A DNA stretch of 64,000 bases from positions 1,317-65,316 of the forward strand of contig JAMPAL010000001.1 of NCBI GenBank assembly GCA_023667245.1. Reading direction: 5' to 3'. A program made the translations under genes and the position numbers. Positions within the stretch are counted from its first letter, which is position 1; each line of letters opens with the position of its first letter. Source of the stretch: Anaeroplasma bactoclasticum (GTDB taxonomy: Bacteria > Bacillota_I > Bacilli_A > ML615J-28 > CAG-313). This document shows, in pieces, positions 19,011-29,733 of the stretch. Under the pieces are notes generated by a model. It did not search any database. It had not been told where the DNA came from and worked only from the letters and a program-made list of their open reading frames with translations.

Positions 19011-19020
19011 CATTTTTTCA

Positions 19021-20721
19021 TTACTCAATCGATAAGATGTAGCTATAAACATCTTGCTTTCCAGAAATTGATTCTACTTCCACTTTTGGATATGTTTCAC
19101 TAATGTATGCTTGTAGCATTTCAAGTTGTGCTTCATCCACATCTTTACCATAGATAATGGTAATAATTTCCTTTTCATCCATATCTACATTTGCTAAAAG
19201 GCCCTTAAATGCATCTTCTTTTTCTTTTTCAGATACAACAATTTTGCCATTACAAATGCCAATGTAGTCTCCTTCATTGATATGCACACCTTCAATTTCA
19301 GCATTTCGAATGGAATAGGTAACAAGACCAGTAGTTACATTCGCCATAACACTTTTGATTTCTTCTAAAATGGTATCGATGTCACCACTACTTAAATCTA
19401 ACATAGTCAGTGCAGAATATCCTTGTGCAAGAGTTTTACTAGGCACTACATATACTTTGGCTTTTTCGTAATACTTAGCGGCTTGTTCAGCAGTCAATAC
19501 AATATTTGAATTATTTGGAAAAACAATAATATTGTCTGCGTTCAAACTATCAAACCCTTTGACAAAGTCCTCTGCGGCAGGATTCATACTTTGACCGCCC
19601 TCAACCACATAATCTACGCCCATTTCTTTGAATACTTCAATCAATCCTTCACCAGAAGCAACCGACACAATAGCAAATTTTTTATGCACATCTTTTTTTC
19701 TTGCCTCTACACATTCAGGACAATTGCATTGTTCTTGATTGGCTTGTTCACCAACAGTCGTTTCGGTATGTTGAACAGACATATTCTCAATTTTTAAGGT
19801 GATATATTCACCATATTGTTGACAATGGCTCAATACTACACCTGGTGTTTTTGTATGTACATGTACTTTTACAATATCTTCATCTTTTAAAGCAACAATA
19901 CTATCTCCAAGCGTTTCTAAGAATTCAACAATTGTTTTTACTTCAAAGTGAGCAACGTCTACTTTCTTATGTTGTAACTGAAGAATAAATTCTGTACAAT
20001 AACCATATTCTAATTCACTATGTGCATTAAATGAACCACGACTCACTACGGATTGATGAGTGGCTACTTGATCGCTTACCTCTATCATTTCTCCTAAAAG
20101 AGCTTTTTGCATACCTTCTAAAATGTAGATTAAACCAGCACCACCAGAATCTACTACACCTGCTTCTTGTAAAACTGGAAGTAAACTTGGCGTACGGCCT
20201 AATGAAGCATGAGCCTCATCAATGAGAATTCGGAAAAATTCTTCAATTGTAGTTGTTTTCTTGGTCAATTTGTATGCCTTTTTTGATGACTCTCTTGCAA
20301 CGGTTAAAATTGTTCCTTCTACTGGTTTCATAACCGCATGATACGCTTGATCCACACCGGATAAAAAAGCTTTCCCCAATTCTTTGGTGGTTACTTCTAC
20401 TAGACCTTTCTCAGTTGTTCCTTTAAATCCTTTGTAAATACCTCTAAAGAATTGTGATAAGATAACCCCGGAGTTACCGCGAGCTCCCATCAACATCCCC
20501 CTAGATAGAACTTTAGATATTTCATATATTGATTTGGTTTCTAAATTTCTAATCTCATTTGCGCCCGCTTCAATTGTCATACGCATATTCGTCCCTGTAT
20601 CACCATCTGGGACAGGGAATACGTTTAATGCATCTACTGCTTTATAATTCACAGAAAGATTAGCGGCACCATTGATGACAAGTTGCTTAAATAACTCGCC
20701 ATCTATTTTTAAATGTTGCAT
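19021..20721 (-). CDS. fakA: DAK2-domain fusion protein YloV, a homologue of fatty acid kinase subunit FakA
   Basis: 566 aa. The N-terminal Dak2 domain carries DGDTGTNM. The middle region has a Cys cluster (CNCPECVE). The C-terminal domain is DegV-like. The position between rpmB and recG is the conserved one. Confidence 0.85.
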   Translation of the reverse strand: MQHLKIDGELFKQLVINGAANLSVNYKAVDALNVFPVPDGDTGTNMRMTIEAGANEIRNLETKSIYEISKVLSRGMLMGARGNSGVILSQFFRGIYKGFKGTTEKGLVEVTTKELGKAFLSGVDQAYHAVMKPVEGTILTVARESSKKAYKLTKKTTTIEEFFRILIDEAHASLGRTPSLLPVLQEAGVVDSGGAGLIYILEGMQKALLGEMIEVSDQVATHQSVVSRGSFNAHSELEYGYCTEFILQLQHKKVDVAHFEVKTIVEFLETLGDSIVALKDEDIVKVHVHTKTPGVVLSHCQQYGEYITLKIENMSVQHTETTVGEQANQEQCNCPECVEARKKDVHKKFAIVSVASGEGLIEVFKEMGVDYVVEGGQSMNPAAEDFVKGFDSLNADNIIVFPNNSNIVLTAEQAAKYYEKAKVYVVPSKTLAQGYSALTMLDLSSGDIDTILEEIKSVMANVTTGLVTYSIRNAEIEGVHINEGDYIGICNGKIVVSEKEKEDAFKGLLANVDMDEKEIITIIYGKDVDEAQLEMLQAYISETYPKVEVESISGKQDVYSYILSIE

Positions 20722-21007
20722 AATACTCCTCCTCTATAAATGGGTATATTTTAAAATGCGTAATTATTTTACCATATTTTTCGTCTTTTGGCAAGCGATA
20801 TAAGAACGACCGCTTAAAAAGAAAACACATTTTTGAATTATGTTGTAGTTTTTTGTCCAAAAATTGTCGTTTTCTACTTCATTTTATGATAGAAAAAGAA
20901 ATTTTATGCTTAACAAAATATATTTTTCATAGTAATTCATTTGCAAAAAGAATGATTTTTTGATATAATAACAAAGAACTAAGTATCAATTTAAGGAGGA
21001 ACCCGTT

Positions 21008-21208
21008 ATGGCAAAATGTTATGTTACAGGTTTAGGACCTAAAGCTGGAAATAATCGTTCTCACTCATTACAATCAACTCGTCGTACTTGGAAGCCCAAT
21101 CTTCAAAAAGTACGCATTAAAGATGAAAAAGGTCATGTAGTTAGAGTGTACGTTTCTACACGTGCTTTACGTACTGGTCTTAAGAATGGTTCAATTGAAC
21201 GCGCATAA
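21008..21208 (+). CDS. rpmB: 50S ribosomal protein L28
   Basis: MAKCYVTG...[22 protein letters not shown], with RBS AAGGAGG upstream. Confidence 0.95.
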   Translation: MAKCYVTGLGPKAGNNRSHSLQSTRRTWKPNLQKVRIKDEKGHVVRVYVSTRALRTGLKNGSIERA

Positions 21209-21210
21209 TA

Positions 21211-21240
21211 AAAAGGCACTCTATAGTGCCTTTTATTTTG
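21211..21240. terminator. bidirectional intrinsic terminator shared by rpmB (+) and spoVM (-)
   Basis: AAAAGGCACT-CTAT-AGTGCCTTTT hairpin with T-runs on both strands. Confidence 0.85.
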
Positions 21241-21337
21241 CTTTTTTATCCTCTTTTTCTTTTTTTGAAAATAGGCTTACCAAAAAAGCGACTATTTTAG
21301 AAATAAACTTTGGTAACTTAATTACATAAAATCGCAT
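21233..21337 (-). CDS. spoVM: stage V sporulation protein M (34-aa amphipathic peptide)
   Basis: The ORF is below the ORF-track size cutoff. The ATG at 21337 lies 6 nt after GGAGGG. The peptide is MRFYVIKLPKFISKIVAFLVSLFSKKEKEDKKAK, whose N-terminus matches B. subtilis SpoVM as I recall it (MKFYTIKLPKF...). It sits between thiN and rpmB exactly as in Bacillus. Confidence 0.85.
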   Translation of the reverse strand: MRFYVIKLPKFISKIVAFLVSLFSKKEKEDKKAK

Positions 21338-21356
21338 AGCATCCCTCCTATTTGAT

Positions 21357-22028
21357 TCATTGTATGCAAGCACCCATAGATTTATACATAAAAATAAATA
21401 TTCCACCTGATTGAATGATTACCCTGGCTTGTGATGCATTGGATAGTGACTCATTGCTTACCGCATATGTATCTTGTTTATTCAAAGTAACCTCTTCTAA
21501 AGGATATGCGGCATGCTCTATCGTAACTACAGAAGCTTCATCAGCAAAAATTGAAAAATACTGATACGCTTTAGGTATGGTATAACACATTCCTTTTTGA
21601 AGATATTGAATATGATTGTGTTCATTTAACAAATGAATTCGGTAATCTTTATATTTAGCTAATAAGCGATAAGCGACATATTCATGATCTAATCTTCCCC
21701 CTAAGGCATCATACACCTCTATATCTAAATAGCGTGCACCTTGTAATGAGGCCATATGCATCAAAGCAAGTTCCAAATCGGTCTCATTTTTTTGTTTTGG
21801 ATAGATTTGTGTTTGATAAGCTAAAGACTGGATTTCTTTGTATCTATCGGTGCTATCAAAATCACCAAGTGCCATATCAGGACGAATTTGACGTTGGTAT
21901 AAGGTCATATTCCCTCCATCTAGACCAATAAAATAATCAGATGGATTAAAATGATACTGATTTGTAAAACTTTTGTCAGGGCTATTGGCTACAATAATGA
22001 TTTTCACAATTGCTTTAGTTCCTTCCAT
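21357..22028 (-). CDS. thiN: thiamine diphosphokinase
   Basis: TPK catalytic motif (GLDGG...ALGDFDS...KNETD) and conserved position after rpe. Confidence 0.85.
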   Translation of the reverse strand: MEGTKAIVKIIIVANSPDKSFTNQYHFNPSDYFIGLDGGNMTLYQRQIRPDMALGDFDSTDRYKEIQSLAYQTQIYPKQKNETDLELALMHMASLQGARYLDIEVYDALGGRLDHEYVAYRLLAKYKDYRIHLLNEHNHIQYLQKGMCYTIPKAYQYFSIFADEASVVTIEHAAYPLEEVTLNKQDTYAVSNESLSNASQARVIIQSGGIFIFMYKSMGACIQ

Positions 22029-22648
22029 TTTTGTTCTATATTTCCATCTTTGAAAAAATAGGTTCCTACAACCGCGATTTCTACTCCTGCATTTTTTGCC
22101 AGAGAAAGTGTTTTTTGATTTATGCCACCATCTATTTCAATCCAATAGGAATAGTGGTGGTTTTCTTTTTGTTGTTTTAACCAACTCACCTTATCTAGCA
22201 TTTCTGCTTGAAAAGATTGCCCACCAAACCCTGGTTCAACACTCATCACTAGCACCAAATCCAATTGATGCAAATAGGGTTGTAATCGTTCTACAGGTGT
22301 TTGAGGTTTAATCGCCATACCCACTTTTTTCCCCTTTTGATGAATGATATCAATCAATGATTGGGCTTCATGTGTTGCTTCAAGATGAAATGTAATGATA
22401 TCCGCACCTGCTTCTATATATTTTGTGATATTTATTTCCGGTTGTTGGATCATCAAATGGGTATCAAATACCAAATGGGAATCCTTTCTAAGCCTTTGAA
22501 TGAACGTTTCATCAAAGGTAAGGTTGGGTACAAATACATTATCCATTACATCTAGATGCAAAAAGCGAATACCGATGCGCTCTAGTTCTTGGATGACTTT
22601 ACATATATCTTGTTGATAAACGGATAATATTGACGGAGCGATTTCCAT
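22004..22648 (-). CDS. rpe: ribulose-phosphate 3-epimerase
   Basis: IAPSILS, HLDVMDNVFVPN and MSVEPGFGGQ motifs. I chose the ATG at 22648. The tracked GTG is at 22660. Confidence 0.95.
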   Translation of the reverse strand: MEIAPSILSVYQQDICKVIQELERIGIRFLHLDVMDNVFVPNLTFDETFIQRLRKDSHLVFDTHLMIQQPEINITKYIEAGADIITFHLEATHEAQSLIDIIHQKGKKVGMAIKPQTPVERLQPYLHQLDLVLVMSVEPGFGGQSFQAEMLDKVSWLKQQKENHHYSYWIEIDGGINQKTLSLAKNAGVEIAVVGTYFFKDGNIEQKWKELKQL

Positions 22649-22653
22649 ATTGA

Positions 22654-23535
22654 TCACCACTTTCTTTTTTGTTTGATTTCATTCGAAATCTGAAGATAAT
22701 TCTCATAACGAGAAAGAAGGATTTCTTTCTTCTCTACTGCAGATTTAATAGCACAATGAGGTTCATTGAGGTGTAGACATCCATTATATTTACAAAATGA
22801 CGATTTTTGAAAAAACTCAATAAAACTATGTGATAAATCAACTTGGTCCATATCCATTAAATCGACAATACCAAAACCTGGACTATCTGCTACCCAACCC
22901 TCACCAAAAGAAAGTAAAGTAGTTGATCTAGTCGTATGTTTTCCTCTATTTAGCGCTTTCGATATGGCATTGGTTTGAAGTGCATAATTGGCATCTACAA
23001 CATTTAAAATGCTACTTTTTCCAACTCCACTTTGTCCAGTAAATACACTCACTTTATCTTTTAAATAGCCTTTAATAATGTCGAATGTAGTCGGTTCTAA
23101 CGTAGATGTAATCAAAGTATGATAGCCTATGTCTTGATAATAATTAATGATTTTTTCCGCATCTTTTTTTTCTATTTCATTGAGTAAATCAACTTTATGA
23201 AAAATCAAAATAGGTAAAATCGAGTTGTATTCTAAAATAGCAATAAAACGATCTAATAAATTTAAATTTAAATTGGGTTCTTTTAAAGAAGTGACTACAA
23301 ATGCTTGGTCAATATTACATATAGCAGGCCGAACCAAATCATTCTTTCTTGCCTCTACATCCGTAATAATCGAAAAAGGGATTTCTTTTTCATACCAGAC
23401 CATATCTCCTACTTTAATGGTTATGTTATTGTTCCTAAAAATACCTCTTGGTTTAGCGAGTAAGGTATGACCCATTTCTTTGTCATATAATGTATATTCA
23501 CCAGAAATAATCCGAATAACTCTTGCTTTATTCAT
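22654..23535 (-). CDS. rsgA: ribosome small-subunit-dependent GTPase A
   Basis: Circularly permuted GTPase with GQSGVGKSSILN and a C-terminal zinc cluster (CKYNGCLHLNEPHC). I chose the ATG at 23535. The tracked TTG is at 23547. Confidence 0.9.
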   Translation of the reverse strand: MNKARVIRIISGEYTLYDKEMGHTLLAKPRGIFRNNNITIKVGDMVWYEKEIPFSIITDVEARKNDLVRPAICNIDQAFVVTSLKEPNLNLNLLDRFIAILEYNSILPILIFHKVDLLNEIEKKDAEKIINYYQDIGYHTLITSTLEPTTFDIIKGYLKDKVSVFTGQSGVGKSSILNVVDANYALQTNAISKALNRGKHTTRSTTLLSFGEGWVADSPGFGIVDLMDMDQVDLSHSFIEFFQKSSFCKYNGCLHLNEPHCAIKSAVEKKEILLSRYENYLQISNEIKQKRKW

Positions 23536-24586
23536 GTAAATCCCCAAGTTTTTCTTTCATTTTTTGCGCACGGAGTTGTCCACAAGCCGCGGCAATATCA
23601 CCACCATGTTCCATTCTAAGTGTTGCTTGAATACCCGACTGTTTTAATACCTCAAAAAAGGCCTCTGCATCTACTTTAGATGTTCTTTGATAAGGCTTGG
23701 TTGAAACTTCGTTGTAAGGAATTAAATTGACATAACAATTGATTCCTTGAACAAGCGTTGCTAGTTCTTTTGCGCAAGATAGTGAATCATTCACACCTTT
23801 TAATAAGATATACTCAAAAGTCACTCTTCGGTTGGTTTTCGCAATATATCCCTTTACTGCTTCTATGATTTCTGCAATCCCATATCGTTTGTTGATTTTC
23901 ATCATTTGACTACGAATTTCATCATTTGGTGCATGGAGGCTAATGGCTAAATTGACTTGCAAATCAAATGTTGCAAATTCCTCAATTTTTGGAACAATAC
24001 CACAAGTAGAAACGGTAATATGTCTTGCTCCTATCTCTAATCCTTTAGCATAATTGACCACTTGTAAAAAGCGAAGTACGGTATCATAATTATCAAAAGG
24101 TTCACCAATCCCCATCACCACAATATTCGATACACGCTGATATTTTTCATCTAAATCCTTTTGAACCATCCATACTTGTTGTACCATTTCCCCTAAAGAT
24201 AGATTTCTCACTTTTCCAAGTTCACCACTAGCACAAAATGCACACCCCATATTGCATCCTACTTGACTAGTTACACAAACACTGTTTCCATAGTTGTGTT
24301 TCATCAATACGGTTTCAATGTACTTTTCATCATCTAATTCAAATAGATACTTGATTGTACCATCTTTAGAGATTTGTTTGGTCACTATTTTTAAAGGCGT
24401 AGTGATAAACTCTGCCTCTAACATTTCTATTGTTTTTTGCGAAAGATTGGTCATATCTGAAAACTGATCGACCCTTTTTCGATATAACCATTCAAATATC
24501 TGCGTTGCCCGAAAGGGCTTTTCACCCTTTTCTACCAAAACGCTTTGTAATTCTTCTAATGTATAATCATAGATATTGTGTTTCAT
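23528..24586 (-). CDS. rlmN: 23S rRNA/tRNA adenine-C2 methyltransferase RlmN (radical SAM)
   Basis: Radical-SAM cluster CNMGCAFCASG and a C-terminal catalytic Cys region (AACGQL). Confidence 0.95.
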   Translation of the reverse strand: MKHNIYDYTLEELQSVLVEKGEKPFRATQIFEWLYRKRVDQFSDMTNLSQKTIEMLEAEFITTPLKIVTKQISKDGTIKYLFELDDEKYIETVLMKHNYGNSVCVTSQVGCNMGCAFCASGELGKVRNLSLGEMVQQVWMVQKDLDEKYQRVSNIVVMGIGEPFDNYDTVLRFLQVVNYAKGLEIGARHITVSTCGIVPKIEEFATFDLQVNLAISLHAPNDEIRSQMMKINKRYGIAEIIEAVKGYIAKTNRRVTFEYILLKGVNDSLSCAKELATLVQGINCYVNLIPYNEVSTKPYQRTSKVDAEAFFEVLKQSGIQATLRMEHGGDIAAACGQLRAQKMKEKLGDLHE

Positions 24587-25820
24587 CCATGCGCTCCTTT
24601 AATTTACAAATATAGAATCCATCCTGATCTATCGTAGGTAAAAAGTTGTGTTCTTCCACAATCTGAAATTCTTTGTGATGGGCTATAAATGTACGAATCA
24701 TTTTTTCATTTTCATCTTGATTAATGGTACAAGTGCTATATACCAAGATTCCCCCTTTTTTCAAGTTGGCACAACTATTTTCTAGTATGGCCGCTTGTTC
24801 CTTTTTTATCGCATCGATTTTAGCAAGACTCATATGGTATTTCAAGTCTGGCTTATGATGCATTACACCTAGTCCAGAACAAGGTGCATCTATCAGTATA
24901 TAATCAAAAGGTTCAGCAAATTGAGCCGTTTTTCCATCTTTCAAACAAGTTGTCACACAAGTTACACCTAGACGGCTAGCAGCTTCTTCTATCAATTTCA
25001 ATTTATGTTCATAAATATCACAAGCTACAATCGTACCTTGATTGCCTATCATGGCCGCAAGATGCATTGCTTTTGATCCTGGTGCACTACATACATCTAA
25101 AATGCGTGCCCCAAAATTCGGCTGTACTACAAATCCTACTTGAATACTTGAAGCATCTTGAGGGGTAATTTTACCTTGTTGAAATAATGGATGATGCAAT
25201 AAACTACTTTCTGTTTTCAATATTACACTTTTTTCTATTTGGTAAGATATGTTTTCTTGTTGTAATATTTGTTCCACTTCTACACAAGATGTCAAGAGGG
25301 TATTGATACGATACATATTCAAATGGTGACTTCGACAAGATAAAATCGATTCTATCTCTTTTGGATATTGATGTTTGAGTAAAGCAAGTAGTTCTACTGG
25401 TATACTGTAGCGTATAGCCAATGCTTCCATATTTTGACCTTCTATCTTTCTTCTTGGCGTAGCCTGATATTTTCGAAGAATGGCATTCACAAATAAAGAA
25501 CCTTTGTAATCTTTTTTCTTCACTGTATCGACTAAGGCATTGACCAAAAAATAATCCTTTACTTCTAAATAATCGAGTCCATAAGCGCCCACACGTAAAG
25601 CATTTTTCAAATAAGGCTTCACTCTTTTTCCTTGAATAAATGGCTGTAATTGGTAATCTATTTTCATTTTATGCTCAACTACACCATAAACAAGTTTGGT
25701 ATATAATTTTTTTTCATGTTCTGTAAAGGTTGTAGAAGCTAAGGTATGAGAAACCACCAAATTGGTGAACCCGTCTTGATGTAAAATTTGAATTAAACTT
25801 TCAATTATCGCTTGAAACAT
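24567..25820 (-). CDS. rsmB: 16S rRNA m5C methyltransferase RsmB
   Basis: NusB-like N-terminal domain, SAM motif DVCSAPGSK, and catalytic DAPCSGLG and STCT motifs. I chose the ATG at 25820 (GGAG 7 nt upstream). The tracked start at 25853 lacks an RBS. Confidence 0.9.
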   Translation of the reverse strand: MFQAIIESLIQILHQDGFTNLVVSHTLASTTFTEHEKKLYTKLVYGVVEHKMKIDYQLQPFIQGKRVKPYLKNALRVGAYGLDYLEVKDYFLVNALVDTVKKKDYKGSLFVNAILRKYQATPRRKIEGQNMEALAIRYSIPVELLALLKHQYPKEIESILSCRSHHLNMYRINTLLTSCVEVEQILQQENISYQIEKSVILKTESSLLHHPLFQQGKITPQDASSIQVGFVVQPNFGARILDVCSAPGSKAMHLAAMIGNQGTIVACDIYEHKLKLIEEAASRLGVTCVTTCLKDGKTAQFAEPFDYILIDAPCSGLGVMHHKPDLKYHMSLAKIDAIKKEQAAILENSCANLKKGGILVYSTCTINQDENEKMIRTFIAHHKEFQIVEEHNFLPTIDQDGFYICKLKERMDETQYL

Positions 25821-26467
25821 GGTGATGCTCCAATCAATACAAGTAGATACCATTGTTTTAATGTATTAAAGTAATCGATGAATTCTGACTTATCTGGCAA
25901 ATATTTCATTCCTTTTTGTATGCCTTGAAAAAAGATTGTATATGTTGATAAATCCCAATGGGTTATTTCCTTATCTTGTTTAAAAAAAGTAGGAATAAAT
26001 TTTTGTTCATTAGGCTGAAGTTGGGTCAAAAGCGCTTCTTTTAAACGATAATAATACACTTTACATGGATAATAGGCTGCTTCTATTTGTTGAGCCACTT
26101 CCACTTGAAGGGAAGGATTAAATGAATAATTCTGCCATATTTCACCATATGCAACAATTTCTTCATATTTTAGCGTATCTAAACATAAAAAAACAGATGG
26201 TTGAAACATCGTATAAAAATCTTCCATCATCTCCATTTGCATTTCTAATAAAGTGGTGGTATCATTTTCAATATAATGGCAAAGGATACTATCGTTATCA
26301 CCTGCTTCAAAGCGCTTGATGTTGTTTTGGAGAGTTTCATATGTTTTACTGGTAAACTGCCATTTTTGTATCCACTCTTCATCTTGGATAAAATCCATTA
26401 ACAAACGAATCGTGAAAAAAGTACGATTGATTTTTCCTATTTGAGCAATCACTTCAACTGGTTTCAT
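25805..26467 (-). CDS. hypothetical protein
   Basis: 220 aa, soluble and W/Y/F-rich, with no recognisable motif. It begins the rsmB operon and has RBS GGAGGAAAAT upstream. Confidence 0.6.
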   Translation of the reverse strand: MKPVEVIAQIGKINRTFFTIRLLMDFIQDEEWIQKWQFTSKTYETLQNNIKRFEAGDNDSILCHYIENDTTTLLEMQMEMMEDFYTMFQPSVFLCLDTLKYEEIVAYGEIWQNYSFNPSLQVEVAQQIEAAYYPCKVYYYRLKEALLTQLQPNEQKFIPTFFKQDKEITHWDLSTYTIFFQGIQKGMKYLPDKSEFIDYFNTLKQWYLLVLIGASPCFKR

Positions 26468-26662
26468 ATGAATATTTTCCTCCTACTTCTATAGGTTATT
26501 TTTGTATTTTAATTTATTATATACTATTTTTATTTTTTTTTCAAATAACTCATACATATTTATTAGCCTCATGCTATTTTTGCATTTTCTATATACTTTT
26601 AGAAAAAAATGTGGTATAATACATTCATATTTAGATAAATTTTACAATGAGGAGGTAAATAT

Positions 26663-27520
26663 ATGAAACCTGAGTTACATATATTTGGTTTAGAAATTCC
26701 CACTTTTGGACTGATGGTTGCACTTGGTGTATTGTGCTGTGTATTGATTTTAATTCATCTATTCCGAAAAGTAGGTGCATCAGAAGAGACTATTGATAAG
26801 TTGATTATTGTTTGTGCCTTATCAGGCTTAATGCTTGCATTAGGTGCTATGTTCTTTGATGCTTTATGGCACAATATTGACGAGGCTAGAATCACTGGAA
26901 AATTTGAATGGCAGTGGTGGGGCATTACTTTTTCTGGCGGTATATTCACAGCTATTATCGCTTATTTCATTATTTACTATTTTATTATGAAATACGAACG
27001 TCATCATATGTTCTTCTACTTTGACTGTATTGTAATTGGAATTTGTATTGCTCATGCCTTTGGAAGAATCGGTTGTTTCTTTGGAGGATGTTGCTATGGA
27101 AAGGTTGTTCCAGAAGGTACTTTCTTTTCATTGATGTATCCAACGGATAATGGAACAGAAAATATTTTACCCACACAACTATATGAAGCTATCTTCTTAT
27201 TTGGATTATTCTTTATACTCTTATTCTTGGTCAAGAAAAATCGTTCTGCTTGGTATTTGATTGGTTATAATGTATTCCGTTTCTTCTTAGAATACTTAAG
27301 GGGGGATAGTCGTGGTGCTAGTCCTTTTGGATTCTTGAGTCCTTCTCAATTTATGAGTATCATTTTACTCTTATTTGGACTAGTTCTATTGTTCTTTAGA
27401 AAACAAATTGAAAATTTCTTGATGAAAAGAAATGTTCCTTTACCTGAAGTTTCACAAGAAAATGAACCTACTGAAGTCATAGAAACAATAGCTGTAGATA
27501 CTGAGGAACATGATGCATAA
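26663..27520 (+). CDS. lgt: prolipoprotein diacylglyceryl transferase
   Basis: Lgt signature HAFGRIGCFFGGCCYG, polytopic, with RBS GAGGAGG upstream. Confidence 0.95.
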   Translation: MKPELHIFGLEIPTFGLMVALGVLCCVLILIHLFRKVGASEETIDKLIIVCALSGLMLALGAMFFDALWHNIDEARITGKFEWQWWGITFSGGIFTAIIAYFIIYYFIMKYERHHMFFYFDCIVIGICIAHAFGRIGCFFGGCCYGKVVPEGTFFSLMYPTDNGTENILPTQLYEAIFLFGLFFILLFLVKKNRSAWYLIGYNVFRFFLEYLRGDSRGASPFGFLSPSQFMSIILLLFGLVLLFFRKQIENFLMKRNVPLPEVSQENEPTEVIETIAVDTEEHDA

Positions 27521-28328
27521 ACTATTGTCTTGTATCGATAGAATGATTTGTATACTAGCAAGTTTACTTCTCATAACTTTAATGGGTTGTTTAGCTGTAC
27601 TGCCTATTGCCAAATCAAAATCCTATTATATGAAAGAGCACGAGAAAAACCACGTTGAAACCATTTTAGAAACTGAATCATTTAATGGAAAAGCACATAT
27701 CCACTATGATGAAAATCATGAATCATATTTGCATTATTTACCCGTTTACGATATTACCAAACAAGATATAGAAACGGCTACCTCTCATATTATTGATTAT
27801 TTGTATCATCAAGATGTGACAAGTATGCAATTTCAATTGGATACTTCAGAAGGTAAAATTGATTTCTTTTCCAAGCAAGCCATTGATCATATGGCCGATG
27901 TAAAAGTCTTATTTATAGGCGGGATTCGGCTTTGCTATATATCTATCTTATTATTCGTTTTATGTATTGTATATATTGGATTTTTCTATCACCGGATTCA
28001 ACCTATCTTGGCCAAAACCTATTTGATCACAGTGGCTAGTTTTGTTGTTTTCACTTTCATTGTTGCAACATATGCTATTTTAGACTTCGATAGTGCTTTT
28101 GTATTTTTCCATCAAATTATCTTCCCTGATAGTGAAAAAGTAAATCTTGCGCTTTCGTTTAGTTATTGTGATACCCTAACTAATTTACTTACTGGAGAGT
28201 TTTTTATGCACATCGGTCTTTTGATAGGTATTATTTTTCTTGCATTACTTTTGATTAGCCTTGCTATTACTCTAGTAATTCAAAAATATGGTCATCTTTG
28301 GTTTAAAAAAATTGCTAACAAAAGTTAG
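27510..28328 (+). CDS. TIGR01906/DUF1461-like integral membrane protein (the family that includes lipoprotein intramolecular transacylase Lit)
   Basis: 272 aa: N-terminal TM helix, extracytoplasmic loop, then 3 TM helices. Family-typical strings as I recall them are HMADVKVLF, DFDSAFVFFHQIIFP and LLTGEFFMHIG. It overlaps the lgt stop by 11 nt. Confidence 0.65.
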   Translation: MMHKLLSCIDRMICILASLLLITLMGCLAVLPIAKSKSYYMKEHEKNHVETILETESFNGKAHIHYDENHESYLHYLPVYDITKQDIETATSHIIDYLYHQDVTSMQFQLDTSEGKIDFFSKQAIDHMADVKVLFIGGIRLCYISILLFVLCIVYIGFFYHRIQPILAKTYLITVASFVVFTFIVATYAILDFDSAFVFFHQIIFPDSEKVNLALSFSYCDTLTNLLTGEFFMHIGLLIGIIFLALLLISLAITLVIQKYGHLWFKKIANKS

Positions 28329-28345
28329 CAATTTTTATTTTTTAT

Positions 28346-29677
<1,332 letters not shown>

Positions 29678-29733
29678 CTATATTCCCTATAGATTATACT
29701 TTATTTTTCCTCATTTTGAAAAAAATATATGCT

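Noticed and set aside
20722-21007. A 286-bp intergenic region between yloV/fakA and rpmB, checked for small ORFs, a yloU (Asp23) remnant or a leader RNA.
   Set aside because: It contains only short ORFs without an RBS. The region is explained by divergent promoters (TTGCCA-17-TAAAAT for yloV, and TTTGCA...TGATATAAT for rpmB). No convincing conserved structure is visible.
26755-27561. Four minus-strand ORFs (26755..26949, 26864..27055, 26985..27176, 27346..27561) opposite lgt.
   Set aside because: They lie opposite a gene with an unambiguous Lgt signature, overlap each other and lack RBSs.
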